A stretch of 64,000 nucleotides of DNA from the NCBI GenBank assembly GCA_963741865.1, contig CAVUJP010000002.1, positions 193,347-257,346 on the forward strand, read 5' to 3'. The notes under the pieces were generated by a model. It searched no databases. It was not told the DNA's origin and worked only from the letters and a program-made list of their open reading frames with translations. Position numbers and translations under genes: made by a program. The DNA comes from an uncultured Flavobacteriaceae bacterium (lineage in GTDB: Bacteria > Bacteroidota > Bacteroidia > Flavobacteriales > Flavobacteriaceae). The number at the start of each line of letters is the position of its first letter. The stretch's first letter is position 1. Below are positions 9,586 to 17,973 of the stretch, in pieces.

Positions 9586-11449
9586 ATGAGCGAGAATACT
9601 AAATATACCGAAGATAATATTCGGTCATTAGACTGGAAGGAACATATTCGCATGCGTCCCGGGATGTACATCGGGAAACTTGGTGACGGTTCCAGCCAGG
9701 ATGACGGGATCTATATCCTCTTAAAAGAAGTTATCGACAACAGTATCGATGAATTTGTGATGGGTGCCGGGAAAACCATTGAAATCTCGGTCCAAAACAA
9801 TCGGGTGATCGTACGTGACTTCGGGAGAGGGATTCCCCTGGGGAAAGTAGTGGATGTGGTTTCAAAGATGAACACCGGCGGGAAATATGATACTCGGGCC
9901 TTTAAAAAAGCTGTCGGACTAAATGGAGTTGGTACCAAAGCGGTAAATGCGCTTATCTTCATATTTTCGTGTGGAATCATCCCGTGACGGAAAAAGCCAC
10001 GCTGCCGAATTTGAAACCGGAAATCTCATCGATGAGGAACATCTTGAGGAAACTTCCCGAAGAAGAGGAACCAAGATTACTTTTGTTCCCGATGAAGCCA
10101 TTTTTAAAAATTATAAGTTCCGAAATGAGTACATAGAAAAAATGCTTAAAAATTATGTCTATCTCAACCCGGGACTGACGATAGTTTTTAACGGTGAGAA
10201 ATTTTATTCCGAAAATGGCTTAAAAGACCTTCTCCAGGACAGCATCAATGAAGAGGATATGCTGTATCCCATCATCCATATGCGTGGCAATGATATTGAA
10301 GTGGCCCTTACTCACAGTAAATCCCAGTATAGCGAGGAATATCATTCTTTTGTGAACGGGCAGAATACTTCCCAGGGCGGAACCCATTTATCGGCTTTCC
10401 GGGAGGCTTTAGTGAAAACCGTGAGAGAACATTTCAATAAAAATTACGATGCCAGCGATATTCGAAAATCTGTTGTCGCAGCCATCAGCATCAAAGTTAT
10501 GGAGCCGGTTTTTGAAAGTCAGACGAAAACCAAACTGGGTTCTACCGATATGGGTGGCGAGCTGCCAACGGTAAGAACCTATATCAATGATTTTTTAAAA
10601 ACCCAGCTGGATAACTATCTGCATAAAAATCCTAATGTTGCCGAAAAGATCCAGAGAAAAATATTGCAGGCCGAGAGGGAGCGGAAAGATCTTTCAGGTA
10701 TTCGAAAACTTGCCCGCGAAAGGGCCAAAAAAGCCAGTCTTCATAATAAAAAATTAAGAGATTGCCGGGTACATCTTGCCGACAGCAAGCATGAACGTTC
10801 CCTGGAAACCACTCTTTTCATTACCGAGGGGGATTCGGCGAGTGGTTCTATTACCAAAAGCCGGGATGTGGTTACCCAGGCAGTTTTCAGTTTAAAGGGA
10901 AAACCGCTGAACTGCTACGGACTCACCAAAAAGATCGTTTATGAGAACGAGGAATTCAATCTTTTGCAGGCGGCCCTGAACATCGAGGAATCCCTCGAAG
11001 ATCTTCGATATAATAATATCGTGATCGCGACCGATGCCGATGTTGATGGAATGCACATTCGGTTATTGCTGATCACTTTTTTCCTTCAGTTCTTCCCTGA
11101 GCTGATCAAGGAAAACCACTTTTATATTCTGCAAACTCCGCTTTTCCGGGTAAGAAATAAAAAGGAAACCATCTATTGTTACAGCGAAATGGAACGCAGG
11201 CAGGCGATCGAGAAACTTTCCGGGAAGGTTGAGATCACCCGTTTCAAAGGTCTGGGTGAGATTTCTCCCGATGAATTCAAGCATTTTATCGGCGATGACA
11301 TCCGTCTTGATCCGGTGATGCTCGACAAGGAAAAGTCGATTGAAGAGATGCTTGGATTTTATATGGGTAAAAATACGCCGGATCGACAGGAGTTTATCAT
11401 CGATAACCTCAAAGTTGAACTTGATCTTATTGAAGAGCTGGGGATATGA
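9586..11449 (+). pseudogene. parE: DNA topoisomerase IV subunit B (ParE/GyrB family), frame interrupted by one extra nt near 9955
   Basis: ORFs 9586..9987 and 9947..11449 join into a 620-aa protein. GHKL motifs ([22 protein letters not shown]|SSYF) and TOPRIM motifs ([14 protein letters not shown]) are present. The span is 1864 nt = 3n+1. Confidence 0.85.
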
Positions 11450-11940
11450 GGTTTACAAACAGGAATGAAATTAAAATAATCCCATCTATTTACATCGTTC
11501 TGGTAGCGGTTTTCATTACCAATATTTTTGTAAATATAGAAGTGGCGCTTTCTTCAGATTCTGAACAACAGCTAACATTTGGCCATATTTTGCCAAATAT
11601 CATCACCCTGGTTCTTGGCCTGTATGTTCATCGTATCGGGCAGTCCTTCGACTTCGACAGCGATGGAGAAACCCTGAATTTCAAGAATAATGGAGTATTC
11701 TTTTCAAAATTCATGGAATACCGGGTGAAAAAGGCCGAGTTTCCCAAACGAAAACTGGGGAAATTCAAATTCGTTGATTATGGAATTTATTCGGCACTAA
11801 CGATTTACATCAGATCAAGAAGAAAAAGAGGATTCCGAAAATATACGTTTAATACCACATTTCTAACCCGAAAAAAGAAAAAGGGAATGGTGGCAGCTCT
11901 TAAAAAAGTGCTGGAAACCACCCCTAAAGTTACTGCCTAA
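11446..11940 (+). CDS. hypothetical membrane protein between parE and parC
   Basis: Two predicted N-terminal TM helices and a basic C-terminus. It is coupled by ATGA to parE and by TAATG to parC. Confidence 0.5.
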   Translation: MRFTNRNEIKIIPSIYIVLVAVFITNIFVNIEVALSSDSEQQLTFGHILPNIITLVLGLYVHRIGQSFDFDSDGETLNFKNNGVFFSKFMEYRVKKAEFPKRKLGKFKFVDYGIYSALTIYIRSRRKRGFRKYTFNTTFLTRKKKKGMVAALKKVLETTPKVTA

Positions 11941-14585
11941 TGGAAGAAAACCAAGAAGGAGCTCAGGAAGAGCAGTTTGAAAATAAGGAAGAACTCATCC
12001 GGGTCACCGGGATGTACAAAGACTGGTTTCTTGATTATGCCTCTTATGTGATCCTGGAGCGGGCGGTGCCGGCCATTGAAGACGGCTTCAAACCGGTGCA
12101 GCGCCGTATCATGCATTCTATGAAAGACCTTGATGACGGCCGTTATAACAAGGTTGCAAATATCGTGGGCCATACCATGCAGTATCATCCACATGGGGAT
12201 GCCAGTATCGGTGACGCCATGGTTCAGATCGGCCAAAAGGACCTGCTAATCGATACCCAGGGAAACTGGGGTAATATTTTAACCGGTGACCGGGCCGCCG
12301 CACCAAGATATATCGAGGCGAGACTTTCAAAATTTGCACTGGAAGTTTTATACAGCCCAAAACTTACCGAATGGCAGCTTTCATATGACGGGAGAAAGAA
12401 CGAACCGGTAAATCTTCCGGTGAAGTTTCCTTTGCTGCTTGCTCAGGGAGCCGAAGGGATCGCGGTTGGTTTAAGTACGCGTATTCTTCCTCATAATTTC
12501 CATGAACTTATAGACGCCTCCATTCAACATTTAAGAGGAAAGAAATTCAAATTATTTCCCGATTTTCCTACCGGCGGAGTTGCGGATATTTCTAATTACA
12601 ACGACGGAAAACGAGGCGGAAGGGTTCGCATTCGCGCGAAGATCAGTCAGCTTGACAAAAATACGCTGGTAATTACCGAAATTCCTTACGGAACCACGAC
12701 TTCCAGCCTGATAGATTCTATTCTTAAGGCCAACGACAAAGGAAAGATCAAGATCAAGAAGATCGAGGATAATACCGCGGCAGAAGTTGAAATTCTTATA
12801 CATTTACCCTCAAGCATTTCTCCCGATAAAACCATTGATGCATTATATGCCTTTACGCAATGCGAGAATTCACTTTCGCCGCTGGGCTGCGTGATCATTG
12901 ATCATAAACCAATTTTTCTGGGTGTTTCCGAAGTTCTCCGCAGGTCAACCGATCACAGCCTCGAACTGCTGAAGCGCGAACTCGAGATAAGGCTGAATGA
13001 ACTTGAGGAACAGTGGCATTTTGCATCTTTGGAGCGTATCTTCATCGAAAATCGTGTTTACCGCGATATTGAAGAGGAAGAAACCTGGGAAGGAGTGATT
13101 CATGCCATCGACGAAGGATTGAAACCTTTTATTAAGCACCTAAAACGTGCGGTTACCGAAGAAGATATCACCCGCCTCACTGAAATTCGCATTAAACGGA
13201 TTTCAAAATTCGATATTGATAAAGCACAGCAAAAAATCGATGCCCTTGAAGGCGACATCGCCCAGGTAAAACACCACCTCGATAATATTGTTGATTTCGC
13301 GGTAGATTATTTTAAAAAGCTGAAAAAGGATTACGGCGAAGGCCGCGAGCGCAAAACCGAACTTCGGATCTTTGATGATATAGAAGCTACCAAGGTGGTC
13401 ATCAGGAATACTAAACTCTACGTCAACCGCAAGGAAGGTTTTATCGGCACTTCACTGAAGAAAGATGAATATGTAACCGACTGTTCAGATATCGACGATG
13501 TAATTTGTTTTACCGCAGATGGCACCATGATGGTCACCAAGGTCGATTCCAAGACCTTTATTGGTAAAGACATCATTCATGTTGCAATCTTTAAGAAAAA
13601 AGACAAGCGCACGATCTATAATATGATCTATCGGGACGGGAAAGGCGGCAATACCTATGTAAAACGCTTTGCCGTGACTTCCATCACCCGTGATCGCGAA
13701 TATGACCTCACCCAGGGCAAGAAAGATTCTAAAGTGCATTATTTTTCAGCCAATCCGAATGGGGAAGCGGAAGTAGTGACCGTATTCCTTCGTCAGGTGG
13801 GAAGCATCAGAAAAGTCAAATTCGACCTGGATTTTGCCGAGGTGCTGATCAAGGGCAGAAACGTAAAAGGAAATATTGCTACTAAATATGCGGTGAAACG
13901 CATAGAATTGAAAGAAGAAGGAGTTTCCACCCTCAAACCCAGAAGGATCTGGTTCGATGAGACGGTAAAACGTCTCAATGTTGATGATCGCGGTGAGCTG
14001 CTGGGTGAATTCCGCGGCGATGATCGTTTACTTATCATCACCCAGGACGGAGTGGTGAAAACCATAAAACCAGAGCTCACTACCAGGTTTGATGAAGAAA
14101 TGGTGGTGCTCGAAAAATGGGTTAAAGACAAACCGATTTCCGCTATTTACTGGGAACCCGAGAAGGAGCGTTATTATGTGAAACGTTTCCTTATTGAAAA
14201 TCCAGATAAAGAAGAGAAATTTATCAGCGATCATCCCGATTCCTTCCTGGAAGTGGTTTCAACCGATTATTATCCGATTGCCGAAGTGGTCTATACCAAA
14301 CCTAAGGGAAAAGAACGTAGGGAAAATGAGGAGGTCAATCTTGAAGAATTCATTTCGGTAAAAGGCATTAAGGCTCTTGGAAACCAGCTGACTTCAGAAA
14401 AAGTAAACCAGATCAATTTACTGGATCCCATTCCCTATGAAGGTCAGAGCGTAGAAGAAACTGAGCAGGAGGAAGGAGAAGTCTCAGAAAAAGAAATTAC
14501 CGCAGAAGACGTAAAATCTGGAGAGATCAAAGTACCCGATAAAAAATCATCTTCCGATGGTCAACCCTCTTTATTTGATGATTAA
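11940..14585 (+). CDS. parC: DNA topoisomerase IV subunit A (GyrA/ParC family)
   Basis: 881 aa with the catalytic-Tyr motif AAPRYIEARL and the HPHGD motif. It follows parE and has a long acidic C-terminal tail. Confidence 0.9.
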   Translation: MEENQEGAQEEQFENKEELIRVTGMYKDWFLDYASYVILERAVPAIEDGFKPVQRRIMHSMKDLDDGRYNKVANIVGHTMQYHPHGDASIGDAMVQIGQKDLLIDTQGNWGNILTGDRAAAPRYIEARLSKFALEVLYSPKLTEWQLSYDGRKNEPVNLPVKFPLLLAQGAEGIAVGLSTRILPHNFHELIDASIQHLRGKKFKLFPDFPTGGVADISNYNDGKRGGRVRIRAKISQLDKNTLVITEIPYGTTTSSLIDSILKANDKGKIKIKKIEDNTAAEVEILIHLPSSISPDKTIDALYAFTQCENSLSPLGCVIIDHKPIFLGVSEVLRRSTDHSLELLKRELEIRLNELEEQWHFASLERIFIENRVYRDIEEEETWEGVIHAIDEGLKPFIKHLKRAVTEEDITRLTEIRIKRISKFDIDKAQQKIDALEGDIAQVKHHLDNIVDFAVDYFKKLKKDYGEGRERKTELRIFDDIEATKVVIRNTKLYVNRKEGFIGTSLKKDEYVTDCSDIDDVICFTADGTMMVTKVDSKTFIGKDIIHVAIFKKKDKRTIYNMIYRDGKGGNTYVKRFAVTSITRDREYDLTQGKKDSKVHYFSANPNGEAEVVTVFLRQVGSIRKVKFDLDFAEVLIKGRNVKGNIATKYAVKRIELKEEGVSTLKPRRIWFDETVKRLNVDDRGELLGEFRGDDRLLIITQDGVVKTIKPELTTRFDEEMVVLEKWVKDKPISAIYWEPEKERYYVKRFLIENPDKEEKFISDHPDSFLEVVSTDYYPIAEVVYTKPKGKERRENEEVNLEEFISVKGIKALGNQLTSEKVNQINLLDPIPYEGQSVEETEQEEGEVSEKEITAEDVKSGEIKVPDKKSSSDGQPSLFDD

Positions 14586-15031
14586 TGGGATTGCTGAAGG
14601 AGTTTAAAGAGTTTGCCGTAAAAGGAAACATGGTCGATATGGCGGTGGGAATCATCGTGGGTGCCGCCTTTAATTCGGTCGTGGACGCCCTGGTGAAACA
14701 GATCATTATGCCGCCACTGAGTTTACTCACCGGCGATATTCATTTTCCCGATAAAAAGATCGTATTACGGGAGGCGATAGGCAATCCTGAAAGCGTGAAT
14801 TATGTCCAGGAAGTAGCCATTGGTTACGGAGTGCTGCTACAAAACCTGATCAATTTCATGATCGTTGGTTTTGTACTTTTCCTTTTTATAAGATTCATGA
14901 ACAGGTTTCGGGCAAAAGCCCAGGATCCCATGAACAAACAGGTGGTTACGCCAAAAGATATCGAGCTACTCTCTGATTTGCGGGACCTGATGGAAGAACA
15001 GAATAAAATCCTTAAAGAGCGGCGAAATTAG
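14585..15031 (+). CDS. mscL: large-conductance mechanosensitive channel MscL
   Basis: Canonical N-terminus LKEFKEFAVKGNMVDMAVGIIVGAAF. The TAATG junction couples it to parC. Confidence 0.9.
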   Translation: MGLLKEFKEFAVKGNMVDMAVGIIVGAAFNSVVDALVKQIIMPPLSLLTGDIHFPDKKIVLREAIGNPESVNYVQEVAIGYGVLLQNLINFMIVGFVLFLFIRFMNRFRAKAQDPMNKQVVTPKDIELLSDLRDLMEEQNKILKERRN

Positions 15032-15408
15032 TCTTTTTTCACCCTGGTAACCGAGCCACGTGATTTCTGCGGATCACCAACCACGCCATACTCAAAAGTA
15101 TATCCGTTTTTATTCGTGGTGAGAATCTTCATTTCTATAGCCTTTTCCTCATCCATATTATCCGGGTTCAGGTTTCGCAGGATATATTCACAATCATTCA
15201 CCCATCTTACCGAAGAAGTATCTACTTCCCCCTGAAATTTTTCAATTTCAATGGAATCATTGCGAATAAAGGTAGAGGTAACGAGTTCGCCGTTGATATA
15301 AGTTTCGAATTTAAAGGTGCCGGTATGAAAATCCTTACAGTTCTTTTCTGGACTATAGCAAGAGCTAAGGCTGAAAACTATAAGGAGTATAAATGCAGAT
15401 TTTCTCAT
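15028..15408 (-). CDS. hypothetical lipoprotein
   Basis: Signal peptide plus lipobox (SLSSC). Its stop overlaps the mscL stop convergently by 4 nt. Confidence 0.55.
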   Translation of the reverse strand: MRKSAFILLIVFSLSSCYSPEKNCKDFHTGTFKFETYINGELVTSTFIRNDSIEIEKFQGEVDTSSVRWVNDCEYILRNLNPDNMDEEKAIEMKILTTNKNGYTFEYGVVGDPQKSRGSVTRVKKD

Positions 15409-15487
15409 CTAAATAAAAGTTATGCCCGTTTCATTAAAGCAAATTTGGGCTTTCCTGCCGCAAAATAATTCATTTTATGGCAGATTA

Positions 15488-15880
15488 TCAATTTTCGAAA
15501 GCCTCAAAACTCCCATCGGTATAAAAAATCACGATCTTACTTATCGATTTTCCCGAATTCTGCTGAACAGGAAGAGCTTCAGTCTTTACTCCCGGGATTT
15601 CCTTTGCAGGAATCCGGGTTGGAGGAGGAGGTTCATTTTCTGCTTCTCTAGAAGAGGAAGGGAAAGATCCTTTTCCGTTTAGTAACCAGTAGAGTTCCAC
15701 TTCGGGAAATTTCTTCACAACCTTCATCACAAAATCCAGGCTAGGTTTATTTCTTCCTGAAATAATATGAGAAATGGAAGAACGGCCAACTTCAATTTCA
15801 TCAGCAAAAGCCGCGGCAGAAAGATCATAGTATTCAAGAATTTTTTGAAGTCTTTCCGCGAATTGTTCTGTGTTTACCAT
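15488..15880 (-). CDS. XRE-family helix-turn-helix transcriptional regulator
   Basis: N-terminal HTH_XRE pattern (LSAAAFADEIEVGRSSISHIISGRNKPSLDF). A Pro-rich linker and a short C-terminal domain follow. Confidence 0.8.
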   Translation of the reverse strand: MVNTEQFAERLQKILEYYDLSAAAFADEIEVGRSSISHIISGRNKPSLDFVMKVVKKFPEVELYWLLNGKGSFPSSSREAENEPPPPTRIPAKEIPGVKTEALPVQQNSGKSISKIVIFYTDGSFEAFEN

Positions 15881-15907
15881 TGTGAATTATAAAAGAATGA
15901 ATCTGTC

Positions 15908-15921
15908 TTTACAAATGTAAA
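15908..15921. promoter_or_regulatory. palindromic operator-like site TTTACAAATGTAAA
   Basis: Perfect TTTACA-N2-TGTAAA inverted repeat 28 nt upstream of the XRE regulator start. Confidence 0.45.
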
Positions 15922-15942
15922 TAATTTATATTGAATCACCTA

Positions 15943-15956
15943 TTCACAATTGTAAA
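15943..15956. promoter_or_regulatory. operator-like site TTCACAATTGTAAA (1 mismatch)
   Basis: Same half-site architecture as 15908..15921. Confidence 0.35.
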
Positions 15957-16086
15957 AGCTATAATTTATTTAATAGTAAAAGATTAAATAAACCTAGTTA
16001 AATATCTAAATAATAATGATTTAGATAACATAAAAGTTTTTGTGGGATTATTTCCAAGACACATATATCAAAACCGGATTTCTGAA

Positions 16087-16100
16087 TTTACAATTGTATA
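16087..16100. promoter_or_regulatory. operator-like site TTTACAATTGTATA (1 mismatch)
   Basis: Same half-site architecture, on the M14 peptidase side of the intergenic region. Confidence 0.35.
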
Positions 16101-16121
16101 TTCCTTGGTGAATTCAAGGTG

Positions 16122-16135
16122 TTTACATTTGTAAA
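16122..16135. promoter_or_regulatory. palindromic operator-like site TTTACATTTGTAAA
   Basis: Perfect TTTACA-N2-TGTAAA inverted repeat 26 nt upstream of the likely peptidase ATG at 16161. Confidence 0.45.
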
Positions 16136-16160
16136 ATTTACAATGTTTAGTTTTGTAAAC

Positions 16161-17333
16161 ATGAAAACCACTGGGCTTAAAAATATTTTAAAAGATGATT
16201 GGCATGAGAAGGTGAAGCTTCAGGAAATTTCCGGTAGGTACCTCAATAATGATCATCTGGAGAAAATCATTGAAGTTTATTTTTCAAAAATAAATATAGA
16301 AGAAATTGGCAGGTCAGTTAAAGGGGAATCCATTAGACTATTCAAAATCGGTTCCCGGAAAAAGAAGATTCTTATATGGTCTCAAATGCACGGCAATGAA
16401 TCTACAACCACCAAAGCAGTGCTGGATTTGTGCCATGCTTTTCTTTGTAAAGCTGATAATGAGATTCTACAGAAAATACTTTCCGAGTGCAGCCTTTATA
16501 TTATTCCTATTCTTAATCCTGATGGAGCCAGGGCTTACACCCGGGTGAATGCCAATCAGACCGACCTAAACCGTGATATGCAGGAATTAACACAGCCTGA
16601 AAGTCGTGTTTTAAAAGAAGTCTATAACAAAGTAAAGCCTGATTATTGCCTGAACCTGCATGATCAGCGAACAATTTTCAGCGCCGGAGCCAAAAGAAAT
16701 CCAGCTACCTTGTCTTTTCTCACTCCTTCTAAAGATGCGGAAAGAAAGATTGACGACTCTCGCAAAATCAGTATGGGCTTAATTGCCGGTATCGCGGCAG
16801 ATTTGAAAAATGACCTGCCGGAGATGATTGGCAGGTATGATGATGCCTACAACATCAATTGCGCCGGGGATACTTTCCAAAGCCTGTCCACGCCAACCCT
16901 GCTTTTTGAAGCAGGTCATTATCCGGGGGATTATCTACGGGAAATAACCCGAAAATATGTTTTTAAAGCACTGCTTTCGGTACTAACTCAAATTTCGATG
17001 TTTTCGAAAGAAGAGATAAAAAAAGATTTTGAAAATTATTTCGTCATTCCTGAAAATAAGAAGCTTTATAAGGACATTATTATTAGGGAAGCAAAAGTGA
17101 ACGGAAAGATAGTTGACCTGGCTATTCATTACCGCGAAAAGCTCTTACATGAAAAGATTGAATTCGAACCTGTACTGGAAAAAATAGCGCCATTTATCTC
17201 CGGATTTGGCCATCGTGAGATTATGGCAGAAAATGAAACTGTAGCTTTTCCTGAAATAAATCAAGTCGTCGAAAACGTTATAGTTAATAAAATTATCTTA
17301 AAAAATAAGAAAAGGACGTTTAAAGAAGGGTAA
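16161..17333 (+). CDS. M14-family zinc carboxypeptidase-like protein
   Basis: HxxE zinc motif (SQMHGNESTT) and the NPDGA motif (ILNPDGARAY). I chose the start at 16161 (MKTTG) rather than the listed 16119, which lies inside the palindrome array. Confidence 0.75.
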   Translation: MKTTGLKNILKDDWHEKVKLQEISGRYLNNDHLEKIIEVYFSKINIEEIGRSVKGESIRLFKIGSRKKKILIWSQMHGNESTTTKAVLDLCHAFLCKADNEILQKILSECSLYIIPILNPDGARAYTRVNANQTDLNRDMQELTQPESRVLKEVYNKVKPDYCLNLHDQRTIFSAGAKRNPATLSFLTPSKDAERKIDDSRKISMGLIAGIAADLKNDLPEMIGRYDDAYNINCAGDTFQSLSTPTLLFEAGHYPGDYLREITRKYVFKALLSVLTQISMFSKEEIKKDFENYFVIPENKKLYKDIIIREAKVNGKIVDLAIHYREKLLHEKIEFEPVLEKIAPFISGFGHREIMAENETVAFPEINQVVENVIVNKIILKNKKRTFKEG

Positions 17334-17371
17334 TTATCCAATTGTTTAATAATAATTCAATGATTTTGTAT

Positions 17372-17379
17372 TATTTTTG
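17372..17379 (+). promoter_or_regulatory. candidate -7 box (TATTTTTG) for the Lrp/AsnC gene
   Basis: Matches TAnnTTTG and lies 27 nt upstream of the ATG at 17406. Confidence 0.35.
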
Positions 17380-17405
17380 AACTTCATTAAAAAGAAGTTT
17401 GAAAA

Positions 17406-17885
17406 ATGGCCAAGTTTAAATTAGACGAAACAGATCACCAGATTCTCGATATGCTTATTGAGAATACGCGGACTCCCTTTACCGATATTGCCAAAAAACT
17501 GCTCATTTCTGCCGGAACAGTTCATGTTCGGGTAAAGAAAATGGAAGAGGCGGGAATCATTATTGGTTCTTCGCTAACCCTCGATTATAAAAAATTAGGC
17601 TACGCCTTTATCGCTTATGTAGGGGTTTTCCTAAAAAATACTTCACAAACAAAATTTGTCCTTGAAAGGATCAATGAGATTCCTTTTGTCACTGTAGCGC
17701 ACGTGACTACAGGTAAATTCAATGTTTTTTGTAAGATAAGGGCACGAAATACCCAGCATGCAAAAGAAATTATTTTCCAGCTGGATGATATCGAAGGAGT
17801 ATACCGTACAGAGACCATGATTTCACTGGAAGAGAGCATCAATGACAAGAAGCGCCTGATGCATTCTATTTTCAAGGAATTGTAA
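17406..17885 (+). CDS. Lrp/AsnC family transcriptional regulator
   Basis: N-terminal HTH_AsnC (LDETDHQILDMLIENTRTPFTDIAKKLLISAGTVHVRVKKMEEAGII) followed by a RAM/AsnC_trans_reg domain. Confidence 0.9.
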   Translation: MAKFKLDETDHQILDMLIENTRTPFTDIAKKLLISAGTVHVRVKKMEEAGIIIGSSLTLDYKKLGYAFIAYVGVFLKNTSQTKFVLERINEIPFVTVAHVTTGKFNVFCKIRARNTQHAKEIIFQLDDIEGVYRTETMISLEESINDKKRLMHSIFKEL

Positions 17886-17909
17886 ACAGTCCTAAACTTT
17901 TATTAAAGA

Positions 17910-17945
17910 CCCTTTAGACTGTTTTCGTTTAGAGGGTTTTTTTTT
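17910..17945 (+). terminator. rho-independent terminator
   Basis: 9-bp stem CCCTTTAGA/TTTAGAGGG (two G-U pairs), a 9-nt loop, then a T9 run. Confidence 0.6.
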
Positions 17946-17973
17946 AATTTTAATAGAAACACTAAACTACATT

